Assembly (NCBI GenBank): GCA_050331735.1
Contig: JBHJGN010000037.1
Coordinates: 1 to 64,000, forward strand
Length of the DNA stretch: 64,000 nucleotides
Source of the DNA: Cyanophyceae cyanobacterium
Lineage (GTDB): Bacteria; Cyanobacteriota; Cyanobacteriia; Cyanobacteriales; JBHJGN01
Direction: 5' to 3'
Notes under the pieces: model-generated
Database searches by the model: none
The model's input: the letters and a program-made list of their open reading frames with translations, nothing else
Told to the model about the DNA's origin: nothing
Shown here: positions 63,061 to 64,000 of the stretch, piece by piece
How positions within the stretch are numbered: position 1 is the stretch's first letter
Layout: each line of letters begins with the position of its first letter
Program-made: the position numbers and the translations under genes

Positions 63061-63285
63061 AGGTCAAATTAGCCTAATTATTGCCCTCAGTCTACCAAAT
63101 TGAACATAGGGCAATTGAACTCCCGCTTTAGTCGGTGTGCGTAGGCATGAACGAACGCTATGCCACCTAATAGCTCACGCTTAACTACTTGATATTAAAT
63201 ACTGATCGCGATTCGATTCCGCGTACCACCCCAGCAAACTGTAAGATTTACTTAATACTTGCAGCTAGAAGAGGTATTTGAACCG

Positions 63286-64000
63286 ATGACCGTTGCCAGC
63301 GCAACCCCTGCCTTTTGTCAAGGAATTCAGTATTTTAGTGAAACTCTGCCCCAACTCGACCAATATGGAACAGAACCAGTAATCAAGCAAGGAGAGACCA
63401 AAATTGCCTCTGCCACCGATCCAGGAGCCGTTTATCAAACTCTCCTCGCTGCCGATGCTTTGCGCTATTTAACTCTACAAACCACCGCAAGCAAAGCATC
63501 AGGGCATCCCGGCGGCTTTGCCAGTATTGCCGAGGGCATTGCGTCTCTAGTGATGTTGGGCTACAAAAACCTGATTACCGAAGTCGGCCATCATGCCCCC
63601 GGTTTCTACAGCAATATGTTTTTAGACCGCTCCCTAGAAGAGATGGGCATTGAAACCGTACAGCAGCTACGGGAACGGTTTCGGGAAATGCACGGTCTTC
63701 TGGGGCATCTTTCTGGGCAGATTCCCGGTTTGCTCAGTCCCGCCGGACCACTAGGGCAGGGGCAGCATTTTGCGATGGCGGGAGCGAAACTCCATCCCGA
63801 CGTTCTCTTTCCGGTCACTATTGGCGATGGCGGCATCGGTGAACCCTACGTAATGAGCAGCTTCGGGCATTTTCATACTGCGTATCCCCACATCACCAAC
63901 TTTCTGCCGATTCTGGTTTGGAATGGCTACTCTCAAGAACACCACAGCATGGTTTCGACTAAACCTAATGAGGAGATGATCGAATACTGGGAGGGGAACG
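63286..64000 (+). CDS. Phosphoketolase/transketolase-family TPP enzyme, 5' part (runs off the window; not in ORF track)
   Basis: MTVASATPAFCQGIQYF..SGHPGG..EVGHHAPG..GPLGQG..IGDGG..WNG (TPP-binding GDG..N motif). Confidence 0.88.
   Translation, partial: MTVASATPAFCQGIQYFSETLPQLDQYGTEPVIKQGETKIASATDPGAVYQTLLAADALRYLTLQTTASKASGHPGGFASIAEGIASLVMLGYKNLITEVGHHAPGFYSNMFLDRSLEEMGIETVQQLRERFREMHGLLGHLSGQIPGLLSPAGPLGQGQHFAMAGAKLHPDVLFPVTIGDGGIGEPYVMSSFGHFHTAYPHITNFLPILVWNGYSQEHHSMVSTKPNEEMIEYWEGN

Noticed and set aside
53930..63280. DGR reverse transcriptase, Avd or template repeat inside the FGE region
   Set aside because: No ORF with RT motifs (YxDD in an RT context) and no AAC-rich non-coding copy of the VR is visible in the intergenic stretches
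63606..63945. Two short minus-strand ORFs
   Set aside because: They are antisense to the open phosphoketolase frame starting at 63286

Overview
Cyanobacterial chromosomal window, shown by abundant HIP1 GCGATCGC octamers and psbH/psbN/psbU. Most of it is housekeeping: gyrB, miaA, purF/purL, dtd, cysS, tatA, nadB, cysK, a peroxiredoxin and a phosphoketolase. It also holds a CoaT/CoaR cobalt export module with its palindromic operator, a feoAB(C) operon whose 3' tail is decaying (ferritin remnant, broken HMA genes), a six-gene phototaxis-type chemosensory cluster with a multi-GAF cyanobacteriochrome MCP, and two tandem P450s. The window opens on the end of an IS200/IS605 element. Two small genes missed by the ORF track were recovered: a pirA-like gene and psbN. 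The most interesting region is 54.0-63.1 kb: a Trypco1 / trypsin-VMAP / MoxR / vWA ternary conflict-type operon whose vWA protein ends in an FGE-sulfatase (C-lectin fold) domain. Two more stand-alone FGE genes and a Uma2 nuclease lie beside it. All three FGE 3' ends show the codon pattern expected of diversity-generating retroelement (DGR) variable repeats, and two have clear downstream hairpins, but no RT or template repeat is visible in the window. All calls are from motif recognition by eye; no searches were run.
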